Positions 20,058 through 32,293 are shown, counted from the stretch's first letter. The stretch: 59,139 nucleotides of DNA from an uncultured virus (IMG/VR IMGVR_UViG_3300020048_000046) (IMGVR_UViG_3300020048_000046); one strand, 5' to 3'. Made by a program: numbers and translations. Notes: generated by a model from the sequence alone, not told the origin.

Positions 20058-20315
20058 ATGACACGACAAAGTTTTATAAGAAAATGGTTAGGTAATAGAG
20101 ATTACTCATTTAACGCTAAAGATAAAGATTTAATGATGAAGGATTTAGATAAAGTTATAAAAGCTTCTAATAAATCTAATATCGATGAAAAGAATATAGA
20201 TATATTGTGCGATGGTTATTATGCTTGTGAAGATTGGAGCGATAAATCAACAGAAGAAAATACTAAAAAAGGCTGGTTGACCGGATTTAAATATCTATAT
20301 AATAAACTAAAGTAA
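20058..20315 (+). CDS. hypothetical protein
   Basis: Track ORF 19995; likely start MTRQSF just after the previous stop. Confidence 0.65.
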   Translation: MTRQSFIRKWLGNRDYSFNAKDKDLMMKDLDKVIKASNKSNIDEKNIDILCDGYYACEDWSDKSTEENTKKGWLTGFKYLYNKLK

Positions 20316-20803
20316 TGGGTAGAGTTTTTATGATTAGTGATCCACATTTTGGACACGAAAAAATGGCAAAAAAACGAGGATTCGATTCTATTGATCAGCA
20401 TGATAATTTTATTGTTATTAATTGGAATAAAGTTGTTCATAAAAATGATAAAATATTTGTTTTTGGTGATATAACAATGGAGAAGAAAAAATATGATATT
20501 TTAGATAAATTAAATGGTAATAAAACATTTATATTAGGTAATCATGACTTAGAACAAAATTCTAATGACCTATGTAAATATGGTAAAGTTGCCGGATTAT
20601 TAAAATATAAAGGTTTTTGGTTATCTCATTGTCCAATTCACCCGGACGAGTTAAGAGGAAAGAAAAATATACATGGTCATAATCATAGGAGAAGAATAAA
20701 AAGATTCTGGTTTTTTACTGATAAAAGATACATTAATGTATCAATGGATCTTAATAATTATACTCCGGTTCTATTTAATGATATTAAAAAATATAAAAAA
20801 TGA
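20315..20803 (+). CDS. calcineurin-like metallophosphoesterase
   Basis: SDPHFGH, GD, GNHD, SHCP, HGHNH. Confidence 0.9.
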   Translation: MGRVFMISDPHFGHEKMAKKRGFDSIDQHDNFIVINWNKVVHKNDKIFVFGDITMEKKKYDILDKLNGNKTFILGNHDLEQNSNDLCKYGKVAGLLKYKGFWLSHCPIHPDELRGKKNIHGHNHRRRIKRFWFFTDKRYINVSMDLNNYTPVLFNDIKKYKK

Positions 20804-21363
20804 AACAAAATAATTTTTCATGGTATAAACTTAGAAATAAATTAGGGATATACAAAATAATCAATTTAATCGATTCTATAAAAAATATTATAAGATGGTT
20901 TCCAATCATATGGAAAGATCGAGATTTTGATCATTCTTATATTTATTATATTCTTAAATTTAAACTTAATAATCAAGCAAATTTTATTGAAAAAATATAC
21001 AAAAAATCAAATAGAGATGTTGAAATTCTGAGATTGTGTGTTAATTTGATAGATAAATTAGAAAATGATTTTTATTCTACCGAATACTATGATTATCATA
21101 CAACTGATATTGATTTTAAAGAATATGAATTAAATATAGAAATTACATCTGAACGTTTTGATGATTATTTCGATAAATATAAAGCAAAATATAAAAAAAT
21201 ATTATTAAATCCAAAATTACAAGAATACAAATTAGAATATTCAACATCTGAAACAAATATTAAAGAGAGAATGGCTATGAATATAGCAATATATAATCAA
21301 AATAAAGCAAAACAACTCCTATTCAGATTGATGGAAGAAAATATAGATGGTTGGTGGGAATAA
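20800..21363 (+). CDS. hypothetical phage protein
   Basis: 187-aa ORF ending GWWE. Confidence 0.75.
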   Translation: MKQNNFSWYKLRNKLGIYKIINLIDSIKNIIRWFPIIWKDRDFDHSYIYYILKFKLNNQANFIEKIYKKSNRDVEILRLCVNLIDKLENDFYSTEYYDYHTTDIDFKEYELNIEITSERFDDYFDKYKAKYKKILLNPKLQEYKLEYSTSETNIKERMAMNIAIYNQNKAKQLLFRLMEENIDGWWE

Positions 21364-21746
21364 AAAAATATAACAATATGACATTTGAAACATTTAAACA
21401 AGTAATTGAATTACTTAAAACAGAATCTGAAAAAAATCAAAAACTATATAATTTAGAAATAGATTTATATAATTTTGTAGATATTTATCACAGCATTATT
21501 AATATGTTATTGAGATCCCATTACTCTTGTGATGGTGAAGATATTATAAGTTGGTGGTTATATGAAGATACTGATAAACATTTATTTGATACTGATGGAA
21601 ATATTATAAATGATTTAACAAACATTGAGGATTTATGGAAATATGTTGAAGAAATTAGAAAATCCCCGGATTTTGTTGAATATAATCCTAAGCCAAATAT
21701 GACAGATGAAGAACGACAAATTATATTAGAAAAACTATTTAAATAA
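21351..21746 (+). CDS. hypothetical protein
   Basis: 131-aa ORF. Confidence 0.7.
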   Translation: MVGIKKYNNMTFETFKQVIELLKTESEKNQKLYNLEIDLYNFVDIYHSIINMLLRSHYSCDGEDIISWWLYEDTDKHLFDTDGNIINDLTNIEDLWKYVEEIRKSPDFVEYNPKPNMTDEERQIILEKLFK

Positions 21747-22174
21747 TGAAAAAACACGTATTATCATATGAATCATTACTTGATCTTTTTTTAATTTACT
21801 ATCGAAATAGATCATATATTGAATTACAAAAATTATATACTCAATTACATAAATTATTAACGGTTGATTTTGATATAAATCAAACAAAAAATTTTATATT
21901 AGAAAAATACCCATTGATATATGACCATATTGATTTTACTATTACATATAAATTTTGGGTTATATCTTCATTTATAGAACAGTATAATAAAAATAATAAA
22001 GAATGTGAGCGAATAAGTAATTTTATATTAAGTGATATGACTGTACTTGAATATTGTAGAACTGATGAAAAATATGTAATAAATAGTTCATATAATAGTA
22101 CTTTTGAACCTTATGTATATTTTAAACAAAATATTGAAAGAAAAAACAAATTAAACCGAATATTAAATAATTAA
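21746..22174 (+). CDS. hypothetical protein with C-terminal basic tag
   Basis: Ends RKNKLNRILNN. Confidence 0.75.
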   Translation: MKKHVLSYESLLDLFLIYYRNRSYIELQKLYTQLHKLLTVDFDINQTKNFILEKYPLIYDHIDFTITYKFWVISSFIEQYNKNNKECERISNFILSDMTVLEYCRTDEKYVINSSYNSTFEPYVYFKQNIERKNKLNRILNN

Positions 22175-22175
22175 T

Positions 22176-23057
22176 ATGAAAGCAAAATGGTTAGTAGAAT
22201 TAGATTTATTTACAGACACTGAGGATTCATTAATACAAGCTATTAAAGATTCCGGTAGAATTGTAAAAACTCTAAACCGGGTAACAAAAGATGAATTATC
22301 AAATGTTTGTAGATCATATTTCGGAGATGATGAATGTGTTATTTTTTATGGGTCATTGAATTTTGGGAAAAAAATTATGAAAATGCCATGGATTCCAGGA
22401 ATATATCTAGATCATGATATTTGTGAGTGTACATCATATTATCCATATTTTGGGGATGAATTATTACATAAAGATTATACTATGTTACCTTTTGGGGATT
22501 TTCGAAGATTAGCACCATCATTATTTGAAAGATATGGTGAAACATTATATATTCGACCGAATACTGGGTTTAAATCTTTTAGTGGCACTATTTTAAATAA
22601 AGATAATTTTGATTATAGTTTAGGTATTATTGATTTTTATAAGATTGAATCTAATGAACTTATTATAGTAGATAAAGCAATTGATCTAAAAAAAGAGTGG
22701 AGATTTGTTATAGTTGATGAAAAAGTTATTAGTGGATCATTATATAGAGATTGGACTATTGGACCAGAAGAATTATCTGAGGATGCAATTACAAGCGATT
22801 TGGTGCTTTTAAATTCTAAAATGGTACATGAGTTATGTACAGATAAAAAAGCATCAGAATATGCTCAAAAGATGGCAAAAAGGTATAATTATAGTCGTGC
22901 TTGGACACTTGATATAGCATTAACTAAAGATAATGAATATAAAACTATTGAGATAAATAGTTTTTCTTGTTCTGCATTATATGAAAATGATCTAAATAAA
23001 GTTGTTGAAGCTGTATCAATAGCAGCAGAAGATGAATGGAAGGAATATCAAATATGA
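22176..23057 (+). CDS. ATP-grasp domain protein (R2K/DUF4343-like)
   Basis: YIRPNTGFKSFSG, EWRFVI, LDIA, IEINSFSCS. Confidence 0.8.
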   Translation: MKAKWLVELDLFTDTEDSLIQAIKDSGRIVKTLNRVTKDELSNVCRSYFGDDECVIFYGSLNFGKKIMKMPWIPGIYLDHDICECTSYYPYFGDELLHKDYTMLPFGDFRRLAPSLFERYGETLYIRPNTGFKSFSGTILNKDNFDYSLGIIDFYKIESNELIIVDKAIDLKKEWRFVIVDEKVISGSLYRDWTIGPEELSEDAITSDLVLLNSKMVHELCTDKKASEYAQKMAKRYNYSRAWTLDIALTKDNEYKTIEINSFSCSALYENDLNKVVEAVSIAAEDEWKEYQI

Positions 23058-23422
23058 CACGAGAAGATTTTAAAGATATTATTAATTCTTGTTATCCTGT
23101 ATATGATGGAAAATGTGCAGATATAGTGTACTATTTTTATGACTCAAATTTATTACGTCAAAGAAAATTATGTAGAATATTAAATAAAAAATTTATTTAT
23201 CCTGACCATATTTCCGGGGATTGTTTATTTGAAAAAGTTGTATATGATAACGAAATAAGATGTTCAATGAATATATGGAAAAAAATTAATAACTCGAAAA
23301 TTAGTTTAAGAGAATATTTTCGCAATACTGAATTTGATGGATTTACACCTAAAATATTTTTTAGTGCATCGCTTAGATCTAGGAATAAACATTTGAAAAT
23401 TTTAAAGGCATGGAAAGAATAA
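23054..23422 (+). CDS. distant array-fused family member without a recognisable array
   Basis: MTREDFK..INSCY...YD...RQRKLCRIL...IYP...CLFE. Confidence 0.7.
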   Translation: MTREDFKDIINSCYPVYDGKCADIVYYFYDSNLLRQRKLCRILNKKFIYPDHISGDCLFEKVVYDNEIRCSMNIWKKINNSKISLREYFRNTEFDGFTPKIFFSASLRSRNKHLKILKAWKE

Positions 23423-23976
23423 TCATAACCCCAGAAGAATATAAGAATATAAAAAATATAAAATCTTCTTACCATCAAACACCATATAATATAAAAAAAT
23501 ATATTTGTTGGACATTGGAGGATAATGATTTTTTCGACCAGAAACAATTATTAAACATTATTCAGTTGTATATTAATATTTCGATTCTTCCGGATAGTTT
23601 CATAAAGAAATACAATATAAAAAATTATCATATTAAAACTATTAATTTTTTTAATTTAATATTAAATGATGATGTGTGTATATATCCAAAAAAACCTTTA
23701 GGAAATCTTGATATATATGCGGATGTTGCACATTGGATAATAGATGAATTTAATATTAGTTGTTATTTGAATAATTGGATAATAGAAAATAAAAAGGTGA
23801 TAGAAAAAGTTATTCAAGAATCAATGTATATATTAGATAAAATGATACTTGAATTAGATTTATGTTCACTAGAATGGGAGAAGTATTATAGAATTTGGAG
23901 ACCAACAGAAGAAGGACAAAAACAATATAATATTTATTTAAGAGAGAATAAATTAAAAAGAATATTAAATGACTGA
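23410..23976 (+). CDS. hypothetical protein with C-terminal basic tag
   Basis: Ends LRENKLKRILND. Confidence 0.75.
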   Translation: MERIIITPEEYKNIKNIKSSYHQTPYNIKKYICWTLEDNDFFDQKQLLNIIQLYINISILPDSFIKKYNIKNYHIKTINFFNLILNDDVCIYPKKPLGNLDIYADVAHWIIDEFNISCYLNNWIIENKKVIEKVIQESMYILDKMILELDLCSLEWEKYYRIWRPTEEGQKQYNIYLRENKLKRILND

Positions 23977-24487
23977 TGTAGAATTAAAAAATTGGTTTTG
24001 GAATATGTTTAATTCTTGTTATTGCGTAAAATTTGACGATAAATCAGAATGTGTTTATATGTTCTATGATAAGAATTTTTTTTATCAAAAAAAACTGGCA
24101 AGAATTTTAGAACAAGAATTAATTTATCCAACCAAAGTGAAAGGTATTTGTTTATTTGAACTGGATTATAAAAGAAATTTAATTTATTGTGATTATGATG
24201 AGATTTGGTCATTTTTCAAAAATGAATTTTCACCTGAGTATGATGATATTAAAAACCTTATTGTATCTATATTGGCAGAACATACAAAAATAGAGAATCC
24301 GGAAATATACTACTATCCAAAACTTAGACAACTATTACATTTAAAAATAGGGAACTCAATACCATATTGTTTGGATTATAATCAACATAAAATATTAATA
24401 GAATATACAAAATTAGAGAAACTTCTACCATTACCATGTAATAATGATAGATATTTACATAAGATAAACATTCAAAATAAAATATAA
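23969..24487 (+). CDS. array-fused family member with a highly decayed array
   Basis: Conserved N-domain; relic units LAEHTKIENP, LLHLKIGNSIP and LIEYTKLEKLLP, the last two 66 nt apart. Confidence 0.8.
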   Translation: MTDVELKNWFWNMFNSCYCVKFDDKSECVYMFYDKNFFYQKKLARILEQELIYPTKVKGICLFELDYKRNLIYCDYDEIWSFFKNEFSPEYDDIKNLIVSILAEHTKIENPEIYYYPKLRQLLHLKIGNSIPYCLDYNQHKILIEYTKLEKLLPLPCNNDRYLHKINIQNKI

Positions 24488-25171
<684 letters not shown>

Positions 25172-25234
25172 ATAATTAATTTAAATGTAGGATTTTATTA
25201 TCCATATTATAGAAAAAATATTAAAAAAAAATAG

Positions 25235-26103
<869 letters not shown>

Positions 26104-26232
26104 AAATTCTATACAAAACCCATATTTTTTTCGTTGGAAGAACCCGGTTGATATATGATATAAAATTAGTAAATCAAATAATCACAACAATAAGGGGTAA
26201 GAATATTTATATATAATAAAAAAATATATTAT

Positions 26233-26769
26233 ATGAATAATAGAATAAAAAATTATATGCAGTTTATCAATGAAGATTATTCAACGGATAAATTAATGGA
26301 TAATGATTTATATGATATAGCTAAATGGGGACTAGAGGGTCAATATTCTGATAGTGGTTGTTGGGATGATAATAATCTTGAAGAGGCTATCCAATGTGCA
26401 GTTGAAAATTTTAAAGAATTTTTTAATATACCATATCCGGAAGAATTAGGTAATATCCCAAATAATCCTACAATTTATAGATTGATTAGATTAAAAAATA
26501 TAACTGATCTAAACAAAGAAAAATTAGGTATTAGTTGGTTTTCAAATCCTAAACAAACCGAAAAATCTGGATTCTTCGAAATGCTAGATTATCTTAAGCC
26601 AAATAAAAATGATGATGGAACAGTTTATATTCTTACCGGAAAAACAGATCAAAAAAATATAGATATGCCAAGAACTCTTTGGGAAAGAAGTACACAATGG
26701 TGGGAAAATGAAATTGTTGTAAAAGATGATTCAAAAATAGATTTATTGGATATTAAGGAATTTAAATAA
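26233..26769 (+). CDS. N-tagged protein, possible ADP-ribosyltransferase fold
   Basis: IKNYMQFINE N-terminus; IYR...GISW...ENEI matches the R-S-ExE order. Confidence 0.5.
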   Translation: MNNRIKNYMQFINEDYSTDKLMDNDLYDIAKWGLEGQYSDSGCWDDNNLEEAIQCAVENFKEFFNIPYPEELGNIPNNPTIYRLIRLKNITDLNKEKLGISWFSNPKQTEKSGFFEMLDYLKPNKNDDGTVYILTGKTDQKNIDMPRTLWERSTQWWENEIVVKDDSKIDLLDIKEFK

Positions 26770-26784
26770 TTTTATTCTAAATAT

Positions 26785-26816
26785 TTTGGATATTTTAATA
26801 TTATATTGTATATTTG
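26785..26816 (+). promoter_or_regulatory. Bacteroidota-type promoter (-33/-7)
   Basis: TTTG-N20-TATATTTG. Confidence 0.75.
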
Positions 26817-26843
26817 CACAATAATATTAAAATACATAAAATC

Positions 26844-27235
26844 ATGAAATCAAAAAAAATCACCATCCTATTAATTATATTTGCGACAGGAATCATCAGT
26901 CCTTCATGTAAATAAAGAGAATGCAGCAAAAAAAGACCTACTAAAAGTGACACAGAAAATTACTATTCACCCAAATCGACCAACAAAAAAGGGAAAAAGA
27001 ATTCGGCTAGATGCACTAAGTGGTGATGGTTGTTTATGTGGGTGCAAGTAACGTATTTACATAAAATTGATAATTTATTAGGAATTAAATAGGCATCTAA
27101 AACGAAAAATATGTTGGAAAATACCATCTTTAGTCATAAAAATAGCCTATAATGATGGAAAATACCAACAATAATTGGATTGAAATGAGCGATAATGCCA
27201 TCATTGCTTCCATAGGTGAGTTTATCAAACGGTAA
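26844..27235 (+). pseudogene. fragmented region: frameshifted lipoprotein-like start and truncated XRE/HTH-like N-terminus
   Basis: MKSKKITILLIIFATGIISPSCK* at 26844; MENTNNNWIEMSDNAIIASIGEFIKR* at 27155-27235. Confidence 0.35.
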
Positions 27236-27379
27236 GGATTATAGTAAATTTGACAAAAAGAAATGGTCAAATAGAGTAAGAGAATATTTTTAATCCCAAA
27301 CTAAAGATATTTTTAGTCCTGAATATTAATATTTTTTTATTAAACAATATGAAAAAAATGTGATATAAGCATTAAATAA

Positions 27380-27411
27380 TTTGCATATTTAAAAATTATA
27401 TAGTATCTTTG
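27380..27411 (+). promoter_or_regulatory. Bacteroidota-type promoter (-33/-7)
   Basis: TTTG-N20-TATCTTTG, 4 nt before the ATG at 27416 (possibly a leaderless mRNA). Confidence 0.7.
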
Positions 27412-27415
27412 TAGA

Positions 27416-27904
27416 ATGAAAAATAAATACACTTTTGAAGAACTGTGGAATAGACTTCCAGAATCAATTAGAATTGACTGTGATAACTGTGAACAAAATA
27501 AAAAATATCACCCAGAAGGGGTTGTAAGTCAACATATTAGATTAGTTTTCGACTTTGCTGATACTAATTTTAATGGTGATGTTGATTTATTATTATGTGC
27601 TATTTTTCATGATTTAGGTAAACCAGAAACTATAATTAAAAAAGAAGTTGATGGTGAAATCAGAATATCCAATATCGGACATGAAATGAAATGTGTAAAA
27701 TATATTGATTTATATTTTGATCTTTTTTCAGATATATCAACAAATAAAGATAAAATAATTGAAGTATGTGAAAATCACATGAAAGCTCATTTATATGAAT
27801 CCGGTTTACTAAAAAAACCTAAAAAAAGACAAGCATTTGAAGAATTGGCTTATTTTGATGATATTATGAATTTTTTACAATGTGATGCAGGAGGAAGAGA
27901 ATGA
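27416..27904 (+). CDS. HD-domain protein
   Basis: Q...YHPEG.V..H, FHDLGK, GHE, HM, D..GR. Confidence 0.85.
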   Translation: MKNKYTFEELWNRLPESIRIDCDNCEQNKKYHPEGVVSQHIRLVFDFADTNFNGDVDLLLCAIFHDLGKPETIIKKEVDGEIRISNIGHEMKCVKYIDLYFDLFSDISTNKDKIIEVCENHMKAHLYESGLLKKPKKRQAFEELAYFDDIMNFLQCDAGGRE

Positions 27905-28602
27905 TAATGGATATTTTTAATAATATTAAAAAAAATATTCCTGACACATTTCACCAACTTCCAAATCCTTTTGCCGGAATAATGAAGTTTTTTAATATGA
28001 AAAAAGATAATTTAGATATTTATATTTTAGTTGAAAAATATGGACATTATCGTTCTAGTGAAAAAAAATATAAAATATCAGTAAAAGATGTTTTTAATGA
28101 ATATAGAACTCACACAAATATAAAAAACGCTGGTGATATTTTAGTAACAACTAAACACAAAGGTGTTTTTTATCCATTTTTAGATATAGATGATGTTGAA
28201 ACATATAAAAATTTTTGTGACAACACAAATTATAAATATGTTTCCGTTAAATCTAGCCCAGAACACCATTGGATTTTTATCGATAAACCATTAAAAACAT
28301 ATACAAATTTTATAAATAGTGAATTATATATAGAATGGTGTTTTTTTACAGATGAAAAACATTCAAAATTATATAATGAAGATAAAGTATTCTATGTTAG
28401 AGGATTTTATCAAAATTATGATAGAATGCCAAAAATACAAGATGTTGATAAACATTGCAGTGATAATTTTAAAGAATATATTGGGGAATTAAAAAAATAT
28501 TTCGAACAAACATCCATGGAACTATCTATTATAAAATATAAAGATCCAGATTTATACAAACAATATGTTCGAATAAAAAAATTAGAAAGAATATTAATAT
28601 AA
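27901..28602 (+). CDS. hypothetical protein with C-terminal basic tag
   Basis: FLDIDD and SSPEHHW motifs; ends VRIKKLERILI. Confidence 0.75.
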   Translation: MIMDIFNNIKKNIPDTFHQLPNPFAGIMKFFNMKKDNLDIYILVEKYGHYRSSEKKYKISVKDVFNEYRTHTNIKNAGDILVTTKHKGVFYPFLDIDDVETYKNFCDNTNYKYVSVKSSPEHHWIFIDKPLKTYTNFINSELYIEWCFFTDEKHSKLYNEDKVFYVRGFYQNYDRMPKIQDVDKHCSDNFKEYIGELKKYFEQTSMELSIIKYKDPDLYKQYVRIKKLERILI

Positions 28603-28614
28603 ATAAAAATAGAT

Positions 28615-28998
28615 ATGAAAATAAGAGATGGTTTTGTAAGTAATAGTAGTTCTAGTTCATTTATTGTAAATGCTCATAGGGTTAGTTTTAATGATATAAA
28701 AATTAATGAGAATAGATATTTTGCTATTGGAAAAGAACTTAGCGATGGTGTAGATATTATTCATGTTTATTCAGAATTGGAAATAGCTATGCTATATTAT
28801 AAAAAAGAAAATTTTGATTTTTATTGTGAAGATGAACATTCAGAAGAACTTGAATTTGAAAAAGATCAGAATGGTAGTTATGATTATGAAAATTATAAAT
28901 GGAACTATGGGGTTGAAATAACTGAAGAAGAGATATTAAAACATTTCCAAAAAAGTTTTAGAACACAAAAATTAAACCGAATATTAGATGAAGATTAG
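28615..28998 (+). CDS. MKIRxGFVSNSSSSSF-family protein 1
   Basis: N-terminal motif; ends RTQKLNRILDED. Confidence 0.8.
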   Translation: MKIRDGFVSNSSSSSFIVNAHRVSFNDIKINENRYFAIGKELSDGVDIIHVYSELEIAMLYYKKENFDFYCEDEHSEELEFEKDQNGSYDYENYKWNYGVEITEEEILKHFQKSFRTQKLNRILDED

Positions 28999-29500
28999 AA
29001 CAGGTTTTGTAAGTAATAGTAGTTCAAGTTCATTTTTGATATGTGGTCATAAAACAATTCTTGATTATGTAGTATTAAACCCAGATACAAAATTTATAGC
29101 AATTGGTGGTTATGTTTCTGATGGTCGTGATATAATATTCATAACTGATTATACTAAATTAGCTATGCTTATGGAAGTGGAAGAATTATTTCAAATATAT
29201 GAGTGTACTGAAATAAAAAATGAAGATGAATTTGATATTTATGGATTATTGGGAATAGAACAAGATATGACTGAAATTCATAAATATTTTGATTTACCCG
29301 AAGAACAAAGAAATGATTATATTTCTAAAAAACTAGGTAATAAATATTTCTCATTTGAAATAGATTATCATAATAGTGATAATGATTTCAATTTATTTTT
29401 GGGTAAATATGGTATTGATAAAACTGAAAAAGATTTCGAAAACATTGGTAAAAATATACTTAGAACAAAAAAATTAAATAGAGTATTAGATGAAGATTAG
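28988..29500 (+). CDS. MKIRxGFVSNSSSSSF-family protein 2
   Basis: N-terminal motif; ends RTKKLNRVLDED. Confidence 0.8.
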   Translation: MKIRTGFVSNSSSSSFLICGHKTILDYVVLNPDTKFIAIGGYVSDGRDIIFITDYTKLAMLMEVEELFQIYECTEIKNEDEFDIYGLLGIEQDMTEIHKYFDLPEEQRNDYISKKLGNKYFSFEIDYHNSDNDFNLFLGKYGIDKTEKDFENIGKNILRTKKLNRVLDED

Positions 29501-30008
29501 AACAGGGTTTGTAAGTAATAGTAGTTCAAGTTCATTTCTTTTGACAGGTGAACTAATAAATATTGATAATGTTATTCTTAAAAAAAATGTCAAGTTTGTT
29601 GCAATTAGTGAATCTTATTTATCTGACGGGTTAGATGCTATTGTAATTAATGATTATTTTAAATTAGCTATGGTAATTGAAGCAACAGAACATTTTAAGG
29701 TCTATAAATGTGAAACATTTTTAGATGATAATTCTTTTGATTTATGTGATATTCTAAATATTTCTAAAGATGATGATGAGAGTATTGAAAATTTTTTTGA
29801 TTTAACAGAAGAAGAACAAAGCATTATACTTACGAAAAAAATAGGAAAAAAAACGGTATTGGTTGAAATAGATCACCACAATTCTAATAATAATTTTCCA
29901 AGATATTTACAAATATATAAAATAACAAAAACTGAAAAAGATTTTAAAAAACTTGCAAATAAGTATTTAAGAGAAAAAAAATTAAAAAGAATATTAAATT
30001 ATGAATAG
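29490..30008 (+). CDS. MKIRxGFVSNSSSSSF-family protein 3
   Basis: N-terminal motif; ends LREKKLKRILNYE. Confidence 0.8.
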   Translation: MKIRTGFVSNSSSSSFLLTGELINIDNVILKKNVKFVAISESYLSDGLDAIVINDYFKLAMVIEATEHFKVYKCETFLDDNSFDLCDILNISKDDDESIENFFDLTEEEQSIILTKKIGKKTVLVEIDHHNSNNNFPRYLQIYKITKTEKDFKKLANKYLREKKLKRILNYE

Positions 30009-30432
30009 CACCGTTGATAATTTATTGGATAAAATCATAGTTAAAATTAAAGTGTCGAAAAATATGGAAAATGTATTTTTTACTATAGATGATGGGACCA
30101 TATATAGAATGTATCATGAACAAGATTGTTGTGAGGTCGTATATCTTTACGATATTTGTGGGGATATTCAAGATTTAATTGGATCAAAAATATTATTGGC
30201 TGATGAAGCAACATCTAATAATTCTATTTTTCCAGAATTGGAGAGTGAAAGTTTCACCTGGACATTTTATAAATTTGCTACAATAAAAGGATATGTTGAT
30301 CTTAGATGGTTTGGTTCCTCTAATGGATATTATTCTGAATCTGTGAATTTTGATTTATGTGTTGAGAAAGATGAGCATTTCGAATATATATATATGAGAA
30401 AGCTTAAATTAAATAGAATATTAAATAATTAA
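30001..30432 (+). CDS. phage hypothetical protein with C-terminal basic tag
   Basis: YHEQDCCE...WTFYKFAT.KG.V..RW.G.SNGYYSE; ends RKLKLNRILNN. Confidence 0.8.
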   Translation: MNSTVDNLLDKIIVKIKVSKNMENVFFTIDDGTIYRMYHEQDCCEVVYLYDICGDIQDLIGSKILLADEATSNNSIFPELESESFTWTFYKFATIKGYVDLRWFGSSNGYYSESVNFDLCVEKDEHFEYIYMRKLKLNRILNN

Positions 30433-30444
30433 AAAATAAACATT

Positions 30445-30657
30445 ATGAGTATAATTAAAGATAAAAATAGTAATACTGTTGTAACTTATGATATTACTTT
30501 AGAACAAATGGCAATGTTAATAGCTAATGATCTTGGTGTTAATGTAGATGATATTACAGTTTATTACGATATCCGAGAAGTTGGTGGTGATTTTCTGGAT
30601 AGATATCCTGGAACAAATACTGTCACAAATATTAGAGTAACATATAAAAAGAAATAA
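30445..30657 (+). CDS. hypothetical protein
   Basis: 70-aa ORF. Confidence 0.7.
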   Translation: MSIIKDKNSNTVVTYDITLEQMAMLIANDLGVNVDDITVYYDIREVGGDFLDRYPGTNTVTNIRVTYKKK

Positions 30658-30678
30658 TACTAATTAAAAAATAAAATT

Positions 30679-31674
30679 ATGGGATGTTGGTCAGTTTGTT
30701 GCGGAATTAGCAACATAGCAATAACAGATGGAAATGAGTGTGTTATTTTACCGTTGAAAAAAAATAAATCACTTGAGTATAGAGAATGGCAACCAGCTAC
30801 TCTTCCTATTTTTGGTGAATATAATGATTATGGTGGAATGGATGACATTGTAAAAGATGATAATACAGCTATGATTGAAAATCACTTTGGAATTTCAATT
30901 GAAGAATTTGTAACATTTTTAGTTGATGGTAAACATACATATGATAGAGATGAAGCAAAAGAAGTATATGAAAAAATAAAAAATAATAAAGAACTTGAAG
31001 ACTGGAGATTTATGTGGATTGATAAAAAAGTCTATGATTATATGATAGTGTTTAATGATAAATATCATAAAGGTTATATGGATTATGGCACAAAAGAAAT
31101 GTTAACCATTATGGGTTTTACTAAAGTCAAATCAGCTGAAATAAATAATTATGATCCAAAACGTTTTAAGGAATTGTGGAAAAAAGGAGATGTAGAATTG
31201 TATTCTGATGGGAAGACATTATTAAATAAAAAAAACAATTATATATATCATTTTGGACATGGGGATGAAACAAGCATTGAAACATATTTTGACGTTCCAG
31301 AAAACCTACAACACTTAAAAAATCAATCTAAAGTTGAATCATGGCGATTTTTATCAACCGGGAACAGGTTTGAACTTTTAGGAGGAATTTTAGGGGATAA
31401 ATATGAATTTGGATATTATGATTCAGTATTCAATCCGTCAAAAAAAAGAAATATCTCAGAAAAAATATACAATAAATATATGAATGATTTAGATACGTTT
31501 GGAGATAGAATTGCGAATTTATGGGTGTTGAATTCAAATTTACACCCAATGTCTGGACAATTGGTTCCACACACATTATATTTAACCCCTCAATGTGGTG
31601 AATATAACAGACACCAAGAAATTTTAGAAAAATTTGCAGAAATAAATAAATCTTATTGTCAAGATCAAGATTAA
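30679..31674 (+). CDS. hypothetical phage protein
   Basis: MGCWSVCCGISN...LPIFGEYNDYG. Confidence 0.8.
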   Translation: MGCWSVCCGISNIAITDGNECVILPLKKNKSLEYREWQPATLPIFGEYNDYGGMDDIVKDDNTAMIENHFGISIEEFVTFLVDGKHTYDRDEAKEVYEKIKNNKELEDWRFMWIDKKVYDYMIVFNDKYHKGYMDYGTKEMLTIMGFTKVKSAEINNYDPKRFKELWKKGDVELYSDGKTLLNKKNNYIYHFGHGDETSIETYFDVPENLQHLKNQSKVESWRFLSTGNRFELLGGILGDKYEFGYYDSVFNPSKKRNISEKIYNKYMNDLDTFGDRIANLWVLNSNLHPMSGQLVPHTLYLTPQCGEYNRHQEILEKFAEINKSYCQDQD

Positions 31675-31684
31675 ATATATAATT

Positions 31685-32293
31685 ATGAAAAAGATACTTA
31701 TCACAGGGGGAATAGGAAGTGGAAAATCTTATATTTCTGATATTTTTAAAAAATATGATATTCCATTATTCTCATTTGATGATGAGGCAAAATTGATATT
31801 AGAATATATTGATATTAGATACGAAATAGTCAAAATTTTAAATACTGATATTTTAGATTATAGTGGAAAAATAGATAAAGCAAAAATAGCAAACATTATT
31901 TTTAACGATGATCGAAAAAGAGAACAACTTGAAAAATTGTTTAAGCCACATTTGATGTTTTCTTTTTATGATCAATGTTATGAACAAGAATATAAAAAAA
32001 ACAACACATTATTTGTTTCTGAGAGTGCAATTATGCTTAAAACTGAATCATATAAAATGTTTGATGAGGTGATTTATATTGATGCTGATATAAATAAACG
32101 AAAAGAAATGGTTATGAAACATAGAAATATGAGTTCATATGATTTTGATAGTCGTTTTGAAAAACAATTAAGCACAGAAGAATCGATATCAATATTAGAA
32201 AAAAACAATATGAAATTTATAGTGTTCAATAATGAGTATGATAGTGAAAAATCGGAAGATTTTGTGAAAAATTATATCAATAATAACAAATAA
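31685..32293 (+). CDS. coaE: dephospho-CoA kinase
   Basis: ITGGIGSGKS, D..AK, ID+..IA.IIF.D, R...Q. Confidence 0.85.
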   Translation: MKKILITGGIGSGKSYISDIFKKYDIPLFSFDDEAKLILEYIDIRYEIVKILNTDILDYSGKIDKAKIANIIFNDDRKREQLEKLFKPHLMFSFYDQCYEQEYKKNNTLFVSESAIMLKTESYKMFDEVIYIDADINKRKEMVMKHRNMSSYDFDSRFEKQLSTEESISILEKNNMKFIVFNNEYDSEKSEDFVKNYINNNK

